A DNA stretch of 64,000 nucleotides from an uncultured Gemmatimonadales bacterium (GCA_963793305.1 CAWBZV010000005.1:576001-640000); one strand, 5' to 3'; shown: positions 44,194-53,504, counted from the stretch's first letter. Numbers and translations: made by a program. Notes: generated by a model not told the origin, from the sequence alone.

Positions 44194-44739
44194 ATGAAGA
44201 AGAGGAAACAGTCTGCTCTGAAACCGGCTGATGTGGGCGTCGCACTCGGACTCGTAGAGCATCCGCACGCCTCATATCAGCGCCTCAACGAGATGCTTGG
44301 AATCAGTTCCAGCACGGCTTTCGCCGCGGTGTGCCGGCTGCGCGATGCGGGATTGGTCCGGCAGGACGAGTGTGTGGTGATACGTCAGAACCTGCTCGAG
44401 TTTTTGGAGCACGGCGTCCGCTACGCGTTTCCCGCGTCACCTGGTGTGACGTTACGCGGTGTACCAACATCACACGCCGGTCCTGCACTCGCGAACGATA
44501 TCGTTGGAGAGGACGCGGTCGTCTGGCCAAGCGCGGCTGGGGCGACAGTTGGTAAAGCCGTCACACCTCTGCTGCCGAAAGCAGAGCAGCTTCCGAGCCG
44601 TTCTCCGGAGGTCTACTGGCTGCTTACACTGGTTGATGCGTTACGCGTTGGCCGTGTAAGGGAACGCAAGCTGGCAATAGCGAAGCTGCGCGCACGGATG
44701 TACGGTGACTCGACGGTGAGCAACAACGCACTGGCGTGA
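44194..44739 (+). CDS. wHTH protein, putative AbiEi-like antitoxin/regulator
   Basis: LKPAD...LGISSS...LLEFLEHGVRYAFPA...RGVPT...LVDALRVGRVRE. Confidence 0.7.
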   Translation: MKKRKQSALKPADVGVALGLVEHPHASYQRLNEMLGISSSTAFAAVCRLRDAGLVRQDECVVIRQNLLEFLEHGVRYAFPASPGVTLRGVPTSHAGPALANDIVGEDAVVWPSAAGATVGKAVTPLLPKAEQLPSRSPEVYWLLTLVDALRVGRVRERKLAIAKLRARMYGDSTVSNNALA

Positions 44740-45435
44740 GAGACCCCACTTCCGCCAAAGCGATGGCGGCAATCGTTGCGGCACTGGGTGACTGGGGACA
44801 ACGAATAGTTTTCATCGGCGGAGCGGTCGCCCCTCTACTGCAGACCGATCCGCCGTTGCCGCGGGTAAGACCCACGGACGACGTGGATGCGATTGCCGCT
44901 ACGCTGAGCTATCCCGACTATGGGAAGCTCGAGCAGGCACTGCGAGATGCTGGATTCAAGCACGGCGGCGTCACTGGCCATGCGACCCACGCGCACCGCT
45001 GGTACACACCAGACGGGACGAAATTCGATCTCGTGCCATATGGTGACCATCTCGGTGCCAGTGGCAACCAATGGGACGAGATCGCAGCCAACGATGCTGT
45101 GTCCACCATCGTCGATGGCGTCGAAGTGCGCCATGTGAGCGCAACAGGATTCCTGGTCCTCAAGTGGGCAGCCTATGCGGACCGCGGTGCCAACAATCCC
45201 GTCGGCAGTGAGGACATTCGAAGACATCCTCGCCGTGCTCGCATCTCGACCGTCGATTCTAGGCGAGATCGCAGCAGCGTCGGACCAAGTCAGAACCTAC
45301 CTGCGCGACTGCGCAACAACGTTGATTGCACACCCCGATTTCGCCGACGCTTTGGATGCGCATCTTGGCCCTGCACTCAACAGAGTGGCCGTCATCGCCT
45401 CCGTCCGGACCACGCTCAAGACAATCGCAGAGTAA
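44736..45435 (+). CDS. Pol-beta-superfamily nucleotidyltransferase, AbiEii-like putative toxin; frameshift at ~45217
   Basis: FIGG...RPTDDVD, DLVP, LK..A..DRG, SEDIEDI after removing one T; GTGA overlap. Confidence 0.75.
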
Positions 45436-45519
45436 GTCTTAAGCCTGCAGCCACGCCTAAGGTTGCATGGGATCCACGTGCCGACATCTCGCAGCGGCAG
45501 TTCGTAAGCTGTTAAGAAC

Positions 45520-45566
45520 CAATCGGGGCGGCAGATTTGAACCCGCGACCCCCCTGAACCCCATTC
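45520..45566. repeat. Degenerate internal att core
   Basis: tRNA 3'-half copy with substitutions and indels; left flank resembles 53479-53500, right flank resembles 42109-42236. Confidence 0.85.
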
Positions 45567-45770
45567 GGTTCACGGGTACGGCATCAACAACCTGGGTTGG
45601 CGCCGTTCAGAGGGACAACGGGCGTCGGGCCCGATCTTCATGATGGAGATGTCGGCGGTTGTCCGCAGAACGGCCCCCAACGACCCCCGGACGGATACCC
45701 GACTCCCCGACATTTCCGATATCGCATCGCACGCGCGCGTTGTAGGGCGCGCGTGGCCGCCACGACACGA

Positions 45771-46874
45771 CTACGGCTCCTTGCTCGAGCGCGTCGTCAG
45801 CAGACGTACGACGTTTCCGACGATCATCCGCCAACGTTTCGGCTTTTCGCTAACCCTCGTCGGCCGCAAGCGCGTTTCTACTTCACCCCAGCAATTCGCG
45901 CCCATACCGGCAGCGAACGCTCGACCTGTAGCGAGTTCGGTTGGATGACGAAGCACACGTTCCGAGAACCGTTCTGCGAACGGCAGCAGATGGTTGTCGA
46001 GATATTCACTCAGGAAGTCCTTATGCACGACGTCGATTACCGCGACCCGGTTCTTTTCTGTTCGGGGAGCCTCATCGTCGTACTCGTGTCTGAGAACTCG
46101 CACCCAGGGCAGGAGAGTGAGCTCGGTTGCTCCACTCTCAACGCTAGCAGCAACCATCGGCGCGTTGACAACACCCAAACCGATTGACAGATGTGCGTCG
46201 AAATACCACGCAGTGGGAGGAGGCGCCTCGTCAGTGGCGAGATGCTCAAGCCCTTTGATAAGTGGCAGCATGAGTCCGTTGTAAGCCTCTGTCCCAGAAA
46301 GTTCTAATTCTGAGCCTTTGCGGACGCACTTGCTGAGAGTGTGACAATAAGGCGGTGCGGTTTGAAATGGATCTTCCTCGAGACCGAGAGCGTGGATTGC
46401 CGTGAAGTGCCAAGTGGATAAGTCATCGTCCGTGGAAATCGTCACATAGGGCGAGTGAAGACCACAAATCGATGGGTGACTTAGTGGCCTCAGCCCGGTC
46501 TTCGTCAGAAAGAAGACGTACGGAAGTTGAGACTGTTTACACTCGATGATAAGTGTTAACTGCGGCCGAACGCGTGGCTGAGGATCCCAGCCGTGCAACC
46601 GTCTATCGGCGCGCAGGTCGATCGTGCGCAGTTCCTTGGAATCCCTATCGAGATACGACCACTCGTCGAGGACAACGAATCGCTCCCGCAACAAGTCGCC
46701 CACCACGATCTGTAGTGGGTATCCGGACTGGTCCACCGCACTGAGGACCTGAGCCGGCTGGATACCAGTGCTAAGCTGGTTAGTGTTGGGATTGGTTTGG
46801 GCAGTCTTCACGTTGGCGATATCCGAGTCTTTCACTCCGGCTAGTCTGTCCGCAATTTGTGCGCTGGGCGACAT
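45771..46874 (-). CDS. Putative PD-(D/E)xK restriction-endonuclease-fold protein
   Basis: SGYPLQ...WSYLD...RTIDLRA...LIIECKQS. Confidence 0.65.
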   Translation of the reverse strand: MSPSAQIADRLAGVKDSDIANVKTAQTNPNTNQLSTGIQPAQVLSAVDQSGYPLQIVVGDLLRERFVVLDEWSYLDRDSKELRTIDLRADRRLHGWDPQPRVRPQLTLIIECKQSQLPYVFFLTKTGLRPLSHPSICGLHSPYVTISTDDDLSTWHFTAIHALGLEEDPFQTAPPYCHTLSKCVRKGSELELSGTEAYNGLMLPLIKGLEHLATDEAPPPTAWYFDAHLSIGLGVVNAPMVAASVESGATELTLLPWVRVLRHEYDDEAPRTEKNRVAVIDVVHKDFLSEYLDNHLLPFAERFSERVLRHPTELATGRAFAAGMGANCWGEVETRLRPTRVSEKPKRWRMIVGNVVRLLTTRSSKEP

Positions 46875-46938
46875 TGGTGTCGCGGGACTCGACCGCGGCC
46901 GCGAAACGGGGTTGATCTCAAGCGACAGTGACTGTTGA

Positions 46939-47298
46939 CTATCCGAACGGAGAGGTCTGCCAGGTAGTCGCGTCAAACAGCACAGCGCACGCGCTACCGT
47001 TGATCCACAACGTCTGGGGCCAACCCCAATAGAAGAGGTGAGCCGTACCTCCTGTTGGCAGGCGCTGCTCCGTTGGTACGCCAGTCCCCGTATATAGCAC
47101 GACTTGATCCCCGGCCCGTACGGTCTTGGTTGGAAACCAAAACGCAGGATGCGCACCTGGTTGCACGCCGTTCACGCCGGCGTAAACGGTCGAGAAAACC
47201 ACGAAATAGGCGAGATCGCACTCGGAGAGCACGTTGAGATACAAGCGCTCCATGTTCGGCGTCCCACGATCCACTATTCGCTGAATCTGTATTCTCAT
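46939..47298 (-). CDS. 119-aa beta-rich hypothetical protein (lamin-tail-like)
   Basis: ERLYL...FWFP...GDQVVLYTGTG...FYWG...LW; ATGA-coupled to the upstream gene. Confidence 0.7.
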   Translation of the reverse strand: MRIQIQRIVDRGTPNMERLYLNVLSECDLAYFVVFSTVYAGVNGVQPGAHPAFWFPTKTVRAGDQVVLYTGTGVPTEQRLPTGGTAHLFYWGWPQTLWINGSACAVLFDATTWQTSPFG

Positions 47299-47741
47299 TT
47301 TTTGACCAGTCGTCCGACACACGCGCCAGCGATTAGCACTATGCCGATTGCCAAGCATAGACCGCCCCGAGCTTCCGACGTCCAGAAATACGGCGCTAAG
47401 CCTAGTATCGCACCGCCCAGCCCCACGCCGACTGCAAAGAGGACCTCTATCGCCCGGACCGTTCTCACATCCGCCTCGAGCACGCATGCTCTCGTATTGG
47501 CAGCGTGATATCTCTCAACGTATCCGCGCAGCTGGTCGAGCTCTGCCTCGAGTTTCTCAATTTCATCGAGTAGCAACTTTGGAACGCCTGGTGTGGTCAG
47601 GTCCGCGTCACTGAGCTGACGACGAAGGTCGCGAAAGGCTTGACGCCTACCACTGGGAGCCGCCGGAGGGAGGTCGTTTGTCGGCTGCGTCCCCTCGGTG
47701 CCTACCGCTTGTTGCTGGGCTTTTTGATTAGCATCAGTCAC
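47295..47741 (-). CDS. Coiled-coil protein with two C-terminal TM helices
   Basis: GAGGA RBS and GTG; LLLDEIEKLEAELDQL; two hydrophobic segments at the C-terminus. Confidence 0.75.
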   Translation of the reverse strand: MTDANQKAQQQAVGTEGTQPTNDLPPAAPSGRRQAFRDLRRQLSDADLTTPGVPKLLLDEIEKLEAELDQLRGYVERYHAANTRACVLEADVRTVRAIEVLFAVGVGLGGAILGLAPYFWTSEARGGLCLAIGIVLIAGACVGRLVKK

Positions 47742-47767
47742 AACGTTCCTCGTCGGCAGCACAGGCT

Positions 47768-48052
47768 CTAATCGCTCCGGTGACGCTTCGCTGGCCGCCG
47801 CCGTGATTGCGAATCGGCAACGCGGTCGAACAAGTCTCCTGGGTTGACTCCTAAAAAGGCGCAAAGCCTGTCAATCGTGTCGGCGCCGATACGTTCGAAC
47901 CGGCCATCCTCGCTCGCGAGTTTGTAACTCGCGTGCGGGCTGAATCCTGCTCCCGTAATCAGATCATACGGTTTCAGTCCGCGCTGTCGTAGTAGTTCCG
48001 CCACCCGCAGTCGTACCACCCTGCGCTCTCTCGGTAGGAGTCGACAAGCCAT
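47768..48052 (-). CDS. Xre/Cro-C1-type HTH regulator
   Basis: LRVAELLRQRG...TIDRLCAFLGVNPGDLF; start may be GTG 48019. Confidence 0.85.
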   Translation of the reverse strand: MACRLLPRERRVVRLRVAELLRQRGLKPYDLITGAGFSPHASYKLASEDGRFERIGADTIDRLCAFLGVNPGDLFDRVADSQSRRRPAKRHRSD

Positions 48053-48181
48053 CGCGTAGCTGGTCTACCAGCCTCAGCAGACGCGCCGCTTCGCCAAATC
48101 TCCCACCGAGTTGCTTCTTACACTATTGGCACGTAGACTATTGTATCGTACGTACCAATACTCTCGACTATGGAGGTAAGG

Positions 48182-48445
48182 GTGTCGACGACTGGAATGG
48201 CGCCCTTGGAGCGCAAGGCAGCCTTTAAGGCGGCCGTCACAATGAACCGGGTCACCGCTGCTCAGGCAGCCCGGAATCTCAACGTCTCGTACAATCACCT
48301 TATGCTGGTGCTCAACGGCGACCGCGTCGGCTCCGAGCGGTTATGCCATGCCGTCGCCGCATACCTTGGCCGCACCGACGTCGAAGTCTTCGGCAGTCGT
48401 GCGCAACGCGTGGCGCCCGAGCCTCTGAGTACCACAGAGCGATAG
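48182..48445 (+). CDS. Ner/Cro-like small HTH protein, copy A
   Basis: GGAGG then GTG; AARNLNVSYNHLMLVLNG; divergent from the Xre gene. Confidence 0.75.
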   Translation: MSTTGMAPLERKAAFKAAVTMNRVTAAQAARNLNVSYNHLMLVLNGDRVGSERLCHAVAAYLGRTDVEVFGSRAQRVAPEPLSTTER

Positions 48446-48597
48446 CGCCTGGCGCCACGGCGCCCAGCCTTTGCGTTGTGATTTGCTGTGCGAGCAAGAG
48501 GATCGATAGCGGTGTCTCGTGCCTTCGGCACTCATCCCGCTATCTGATCCTTGCTCGCCGCCATTCGCACACGGCTTCGCCGAGGTGCTCAAGGCGG
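48446..48597. repeat. Conserved hairpin block A, copy A
   Basis: Stem 48490-48558 and hairpin 48567-48588. Confidence 0.8.
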
Positions 48598-48743
48598 CTT
48601 ATCACTGCCTCACGCCCGGGGGCGCGCCGACCGCCGAGGCTTCGCAGTTGGCCCGTCGTCTTCGTGGTTGGCCGCTGATCGTGCTACCCCATCGCGCGGT
48701 AGGATCTCCAAGGTTGCCGAGCTCTTTGCAACGCCGACGCAAT

Positions 48744-49193
48744 CTATTCACGTAGTGTATATCGCCCGATCGAACATATGCCGAGTCCGTGGGGATCATA
48801 TTTGCGCCAGTCAGCAATCGTCAGAAGAGTCAACTCAATCGCCTCATGATCTTGCTGGACCGCCAACCACAGTGGCGGACTGTCACAGAATCCGTTCTTA
48901 CCCTTGTTGAGTACGAAATAGGCCTTGGCATTCGTGACTCTGTACATGCGTGCACCTGTCAGCTCGTCCACCACGCTGACAGTGCTAATGGCGTCGAATT
49001 GCAACTGCATGATTCCCCTGTACTTGGCGAACGACGCAACAGACGTGCTCAGCGTGAGCGAACCAGTCAGCCATTCTGCGTTGTTGCTGTAGGCATCAAA
49101 CAGCCTTGGGACGGAATCAGGTAGCGACGTTTGACCGATCGCGGGAAAGGGCACCACGAAACAAGCAACCACTACCAGGAAGGCTGCGCGCAC
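48744..49193 (-). CDS. Secreted hypothetical protein
   Basis: Signal peptide; NGFC...GIC cysteine pair; AT-rich codons. Confidence 0.65.
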   Translation of the reverse strand: MRAAFLVVVACFVVPFPAIGQTSLPDSVPRLFDAYSNNAEWLTGSLTLSTSVASFAKYRGIMQLQFDAISTVSVVDELTGARMYRVTNAKAYFVLNKGKNGFCDSPPLWLAVQQDHEAIELTLLTIADWRKYDPHGLGICSIGRYTLRE

Positions 49194-49316
49194 GTCTTGT
49201 CCTTGATTGGATAGTCTTGCATAGGACGGAGGCGTGTACGGAGAGTAACGGCACCGCGGAAATAGGCGTCTGGAACGCGCCGACCTAGGCGCTCAATCTG
49301 AAGTGTCTGCTGGGTT

Positions 49317-49943
49317 CGAGCACGAGCCGTCGGGGCGCTCCGCTCTCTAGGGGCTCCCGCGCCCCACGGCTCGAACTACGGAACAGCATCGGACTGGCAC
49401 GGCGTACCCACCGTCCGGCGTAGACCCGTCCGTCACCGAGGTACGCCGCGCCACGGAGCGGGTTGTCCTGGTTGAAACGGTGCCGACTTGAGCGGCACAG
49501 TGGCCCGTGAGTCTCCAGCTAGGCCACGGTGCCACGCCACCGCGGTTGCTAATGCCGCCAAACTACCCATGGCGGGCCGTGCCCGGGCTGGCCGCGGCGC
49601 CCGAAGCGTGTCCTTGGTTCGGGCCCGAGCCGGGTCATCACAGCAGCAATGCGCAATCTCGTGTCCATAACCCGGCGTTGGGGCGTGTCATCTCTGAGGC
49701 GTTGCGGTTTTGGCGCTCCGGCGGGGTTTGGTAAGTAGGGAGCACTCGATATCGATCGCGCGCGCCACTCACGAGACGAGGACCGAACGCGCTTCTCGTG
49801 GCTCTCACTACTAAGAGAGGCGCTGCTCGTCGACCGAGTTGGCGCCAGAGATATCGCAGGCCTCCCAATGTAACGAAAGGGGACTAGACCCCTCCCAACC
49901 CGAACTCCGTCTAGGTAGGACAGACCCCAATCACAGGATACCG
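49317..49943. other. Conserved non-coding block B, putative oriT region
   Basis: Directly upstream of mobC-relaxase; conserved in copy C; hairpin 49323-49373. Confidence 0.65.
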
Positions 49944-50276
49944 ATGACACCTCCAACGTCAGAACCCCGCACCAAGCCGACTATAGTCCGCTGGACACTC
50001 ACCGAGATCGCGACCGTGACCGAGCGCGCGAAGCAGTGCAATCTCTCCGTCGCCCGCTTCGTCCGCGAATGCGCGCTCGGCGCCGTGCCGAAGGCCGCGC
50101 GCCACGTCGACCACAAAGCGCTCCTCCGCGAACTCGCCCGCAGCGGCAATAACCTCAACCAGCTCGCGCACGAGGCCCACGCCCGCGACCTCTTCCCGGC
50201 CCAGGAGAAGCTCGAGGCCGCCCTCGCGCTGCATGTGTCCGTCCTCCGCCAACTCGTCGACGAGCCGGAGCGGTGA
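49944..50276 (+). CDS. mobC: MobC relaxosome accessory protein (RHH)
   Basis: VRWT..E...A....LSVARFVRE; ELARSGNNLNQLAH. Confidence 0.92.
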   Translation: MTPPTSEPRTKPTIVRWTLTEIATVTERAKQCNLSVARFVRECALGAVPKAARHVDHKALLRELARSGNNLNQLAHEAHARDLFPAQEKLEAALALHVSVLRQLVDEPER

Positions 50277-51799
50277 TCGCGAAGACGAGCAGCGGGAAAA
50301 GCTTCGGCGGCCTGATGCACTATCTCGAAGTAGGCCGGTCAGGTCGTGAGCCCGAGCGGGTCGATTGGACCGCGTCACGGAACCTCTTCGGCACGGACGA
50401 CCCGGAACTCGCCGGCCAGGTGATGGAGGCTACGGCCGAGCAGAGTCTCCGCATCCAGAAGCCCGTCTATCACTTGTCGCTCTCGTTCGATCTGACGGAC
50501 AGAGTCGACCGGTCGCGTATGGAGCTCGTGGCGGACCGGTTGCTCGACCGCCTGGGGTTGCAGGACCACCAGGCCATGTTCGTCGCGCACCGCGACCGCG
50601 AACACGCGCACGTCCACATCGTCGTCAACCGCGTCCACCCCGAGACCGGCGTGGCCTGGGAGCAATGGCAGGATCACCCGAGGATCGAGCGGACGCTGCG
50701 AGAGACGGAGCGCGAGATGGGACTCCGTGAAGTGCCGGGCCGCCTCTACCGCGCGCCCGGCCACGAGCTCCCCGAGCGCGCCCTCGACACCAGTGGAGAG
50801 CGTCACGCCGCTGAGAGGACACACGAAATGTCATTCGCTGACACTGTACGCCAACATTTGCCGGAATGGCGCCAGGCACAGTCATGGGAAGATCTTGCCG
50901 AGCGACTGGCGAACTATGGGTTCAGGATTGAACCAAGGGGCCAGGGGATCGTGATCACGGACGGCGAGCAACAGGTGAAAGCCTCGCGCGTGGCCCGTGA
51001 TCTGTCGGTCAACCGCCTGGAGCGGAAATTCGACGCGCCGTACCCCGGCAGGGCCCTCAGTGAGCCGGGGCGCGAGATCGATCCCGCGATTCGAGGCCTG
51101 GTGCGCGATATCCGCGCGTACGACGAGGCTACACGGCATGCGAAGGCCTTGGGTGAAGCCGAGACCCGGTCGCGCGAGGCTGCCGAGCATGCGCACGCCA
51201 TAGAGCGCGCATCTCGTGACTGGCGCAATCGCGCCGACAACGTCACTCGGGCCCTCGGCCGCGTGTACCAGTCGCCGGAGGACGCCCGGGTCCGACTCGC
51301 CGAACTGGAGCGTGCGCTCGGCAAGGAAGTGGTCACGCGAGAGCTTCACGACCGCCCGGAGCAATTCGGCCGGCTTCGGACTGTCGAGCGCCCAGGCGTG
51401 CTTGGACTTGTGCGGCGCGACGACGCACCAGCTCGCGCCGAAGCGCGGAATCTCGGGGTTGCGATCGACGATTACCGCAAATCGGAGCAATCCCTCCGAT
51501 CGCATCTGCGCCCAGGCAGCGAACTGACGAGAGACTTGGTCGATACCGTGGAACGCGCGGCCGGCATCGCGCATGACCGTGCGCAGAGCGTTGTCCGCGA
51601 GCTGCGCGACGCCGGCCAAAACTTGCCGGACCGGCGCGTCATGCAGCGGACAATCGGAGAGCTCGCGTCAACGCTCTCGGCGCCGGAATCGCGACTCCTG
51701 CGGACGTTCGTCACTGATGCCCAGGCGCGACTGGTGACGAAGTTCGTGGGCTTCGCCCGCGAGATCGCACTCGGGCGCGATCGTGGCCTTGGGGTCTGA
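50273..51799 (+). CDS. MOBP-type relaxase
   Basis: GKSFGGLMHYL, YHLSLSF, AHRDREHAHVHIVVNRV; GTGA overlap with mobC. Confidence 0.92.
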   Translation: MIAKTSSGKSFGGLMHYLEVGRSGREPERVDWTASRNLFGTDDPELAGQVMEATAEQSLRIQKPVYHLSLSFDLTDRVDRSRMELVADRLLDRLGLQDHQAMFVAHRDREHAHVHIVVNRVHPETGVAWEQWQDHPRIERTLRETEREMGLREVPGRLYRAPGHELPERALDTSGERHAAERTHEMSFADTVRQHLPEWRQAQSWEDLAERLANYGFRIEPRGQGIVITDGEQQVKASRVARDLSVNRLERKFDAPYPGRALSEPGREIDPAIRGLVRDIRAYDEATRHAKALGEAETRSREAAEHAHAIERASRDWRNRADNVTRALGRVYQSPEDARVRLAELERALGKEVVTRELHDRPEQFGRLRTVERPGVLGLVRRDDAPARAEARNLGVAIDDYRKSEQSLRSHLRPGSELTRDLVDTVERAAGIAHDRAQSVVRELRDAGQNLPDRRVMQRTIGELASTLSAPESRLLRTFVTDAQARLVTKFVGFAREIALGRDRGLGV

Positions 51800-51804
51800 G
51801 ACCA

Positions 51805-52212
51805 ATGGATAGCCGCTCGCCGGCGGCCGCACCCCTGGATGCATTGCGGACGAAGTGGCGAGCCCGGCGCGACGAGTTCGCCAGGTTCCAGGCGGCCGTC
51901 AATGGCGCGACGCTCTGTGACGAACTGCTGGCCGACCTCAATGGCGCGCTGCTGGCGCACGACGACGAAGTGCTCACGTTGCGCGATGCGGCCGCGGTAT
52001 CGGGGTACACGGTCGATCATCTCGCACGGCTGATCCGACAAGGCAAGCTACCGAACGCCGGACGGAAGCGCGCACCGCGTGTGCACCGTCGTGACGTACC
52101 ACTCAAAGCGAACACCTCGCGCGGACACGACACAGATAGCTATAATGCCCGATCCGACGCCCGGTCCCTCGTGCGGCGCCTCCGTTTCGGAGGCGTAGAT
52201 GACACAGACTAA
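51805..52212 (+). CDS. Excisionase-like HTH protein
   Basis: LTLRDAAAVSGYTVDHLARLIRQGKL; overlaps the integrase start. Confidence 0.75.
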   Translation: MDSRSPAAAPLDALRTKWRARRDEFARFQAAVNGATLCDELLADLNGALLAHDDEVLTLRDAAAVSGYTVDHLARLIRQGKLPNAGRKRAPRVHRRDVPLKANTSRGHDTDSYNARSDARSLVRRLRFGGVDDTD

Positions 52213-53497
52213 CGGCTGGCGGAAGGTAGGGGACCGGTGGACGCGATCGCTCGGAGTGCGTGGGCTTCGCGTCCGGCTGTTTCAAAAGCGAAAGCATGGA
52301 GTGTTCTATCGGACACTGTGGGTACCCGGTGAAGGCAAGGACCGGAAGTGTCTCGATACGAGTGATCGTCGAGAAGCAGAGCGACTCGGTCGAACATTGC
52401 TCACCGAACTTCGCTCCGCTCGGGTGGCTCGTGCGCCCCAGATTCGATCAGAAGCGCCGTCGTCACTTACGCTAGGCGAGCTGTGGCGGCGATATCGCAC
52501 GACATGTCCCGCGTTTCTCGACAACGCGGCGACGAGCCAAAGTGACTCGCGGAGCCGGATACGAGTGCTCCTGGCGCACTTTGGCCGCCGGTGCCCGGTC
52601 GGGAGCTTGACGGCTGACGACCAAGCCTCGTACGTAATCGCTCGTCGCGCTGGAGGAATCCGCATCCGGGAAGGTGAGTTGACCGGACCAGTGCGTACAC
52701 GTTCGGCCGAGGCAGACCTGGTGCTCCTGCACCAGATGCTCCGTTGGGCTACAACGGCACGAGTTGATGGCGTGCCGCTGCTCCGAAGTAATCCACTAGC
52801 CGGCGTACGGCGGGTTCGCGAGCAGGACCCGAAGCGACCGATTGCGACGTGGGACCGATATCTGGCCACACGCGCCGCGGTGCGCGAGTTGGCGGCGCAA
52901 GCGGAGTCAGAGGCTGATCGAGTGCGCTGGGTCAAGATCGAGCTCGCACTCGTTCTCGCCGAAGCCACGGGACGACGACTCGGCTCGATTCGGCAGCTGC
53001 GGTGGGAAGACATCGACTGGGCGGCCTGCACCATTCGTTGGCGGGCAGAGGCCGACAAGAAACGGCGCGAGGCGATCGTGCCTGTCCCGCTTCGGTTACT
53101 CGACGAGCTCAGACAGTTTCAGAAAGAGTTGCGCGCGGTTGGCGGCCTGGTCTTCGGCGCCGAACACGACGCGACGAACGCGATGGATCGCCACCTGTTC
53201 GACAAGTGGCTCGCGCATGCTGAGAAGAGAGCTGGACTCAAGAAGCTGGACGGTGGACTGTGGCACCCTTACCGGCGAAAGTGGGCAACCGAGCGAAAGC
53301 ACCTCTCGGTTACGGACGTTGCCGAAGCCGGCGGGTGGAAAGACACCGTGACCTTACTGACGTGCTACGCGCGGCCAGATAACGAAACGCTCCTCGCCGT
53401 GATGAGCGAGGAGCGGAAACTCAGAGACTGCGCGGTTCGGTGCGAGAAACGGGCCCCCAACGGGCCCCCGTTAATCTTGCAGTTCGTAAGTTGTTAA
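52199..53497 (+). CDS. Tyrosine recombinase/integrase
   Basis: ATGRR, HPYRR, GGW, TCY catalytic set; adjacent to the tRNA att site. Confidence 0.92.
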   Translation: MTQTNGWRKVGDRWTRSLGVRGLRVRLFQKRKHGVFYRTLWVPGEGKDRKCLDTSDRREAERLGRTLLTELRSARVARAPQIRSEAPSSLTLGELWRRYRTTCPAFLDNAATSQSDSRSRIRVLLAHFGRRCPVGSLTADDQASYVIARRAGGIRIREGELTGPVRTRSAEADLVLLHQMLRWATTARVDGVPLLRSNPLAGVRRVREQDPKRPIATWDRYLATRAAVRELAAQAESEADRVRWVKIELALVLAEATGRRLGSIRQLRWEDIDWAACTIRWRAEADKKRREAIVPVPLRLLDELRQFQKELRAVGGLVFGAEHDATNAMDRHLFDKWLAHAEKRAGLKKLDGGLWHPYRRKWATERKHLSVTDVAEAGGWKDTVTLLTCYARPDNETLLAVMSEERKLRDCAVRCEKRAPNGPPLILQFVSC

Positions 53498-53504
53498 GAA
53501 TCAA

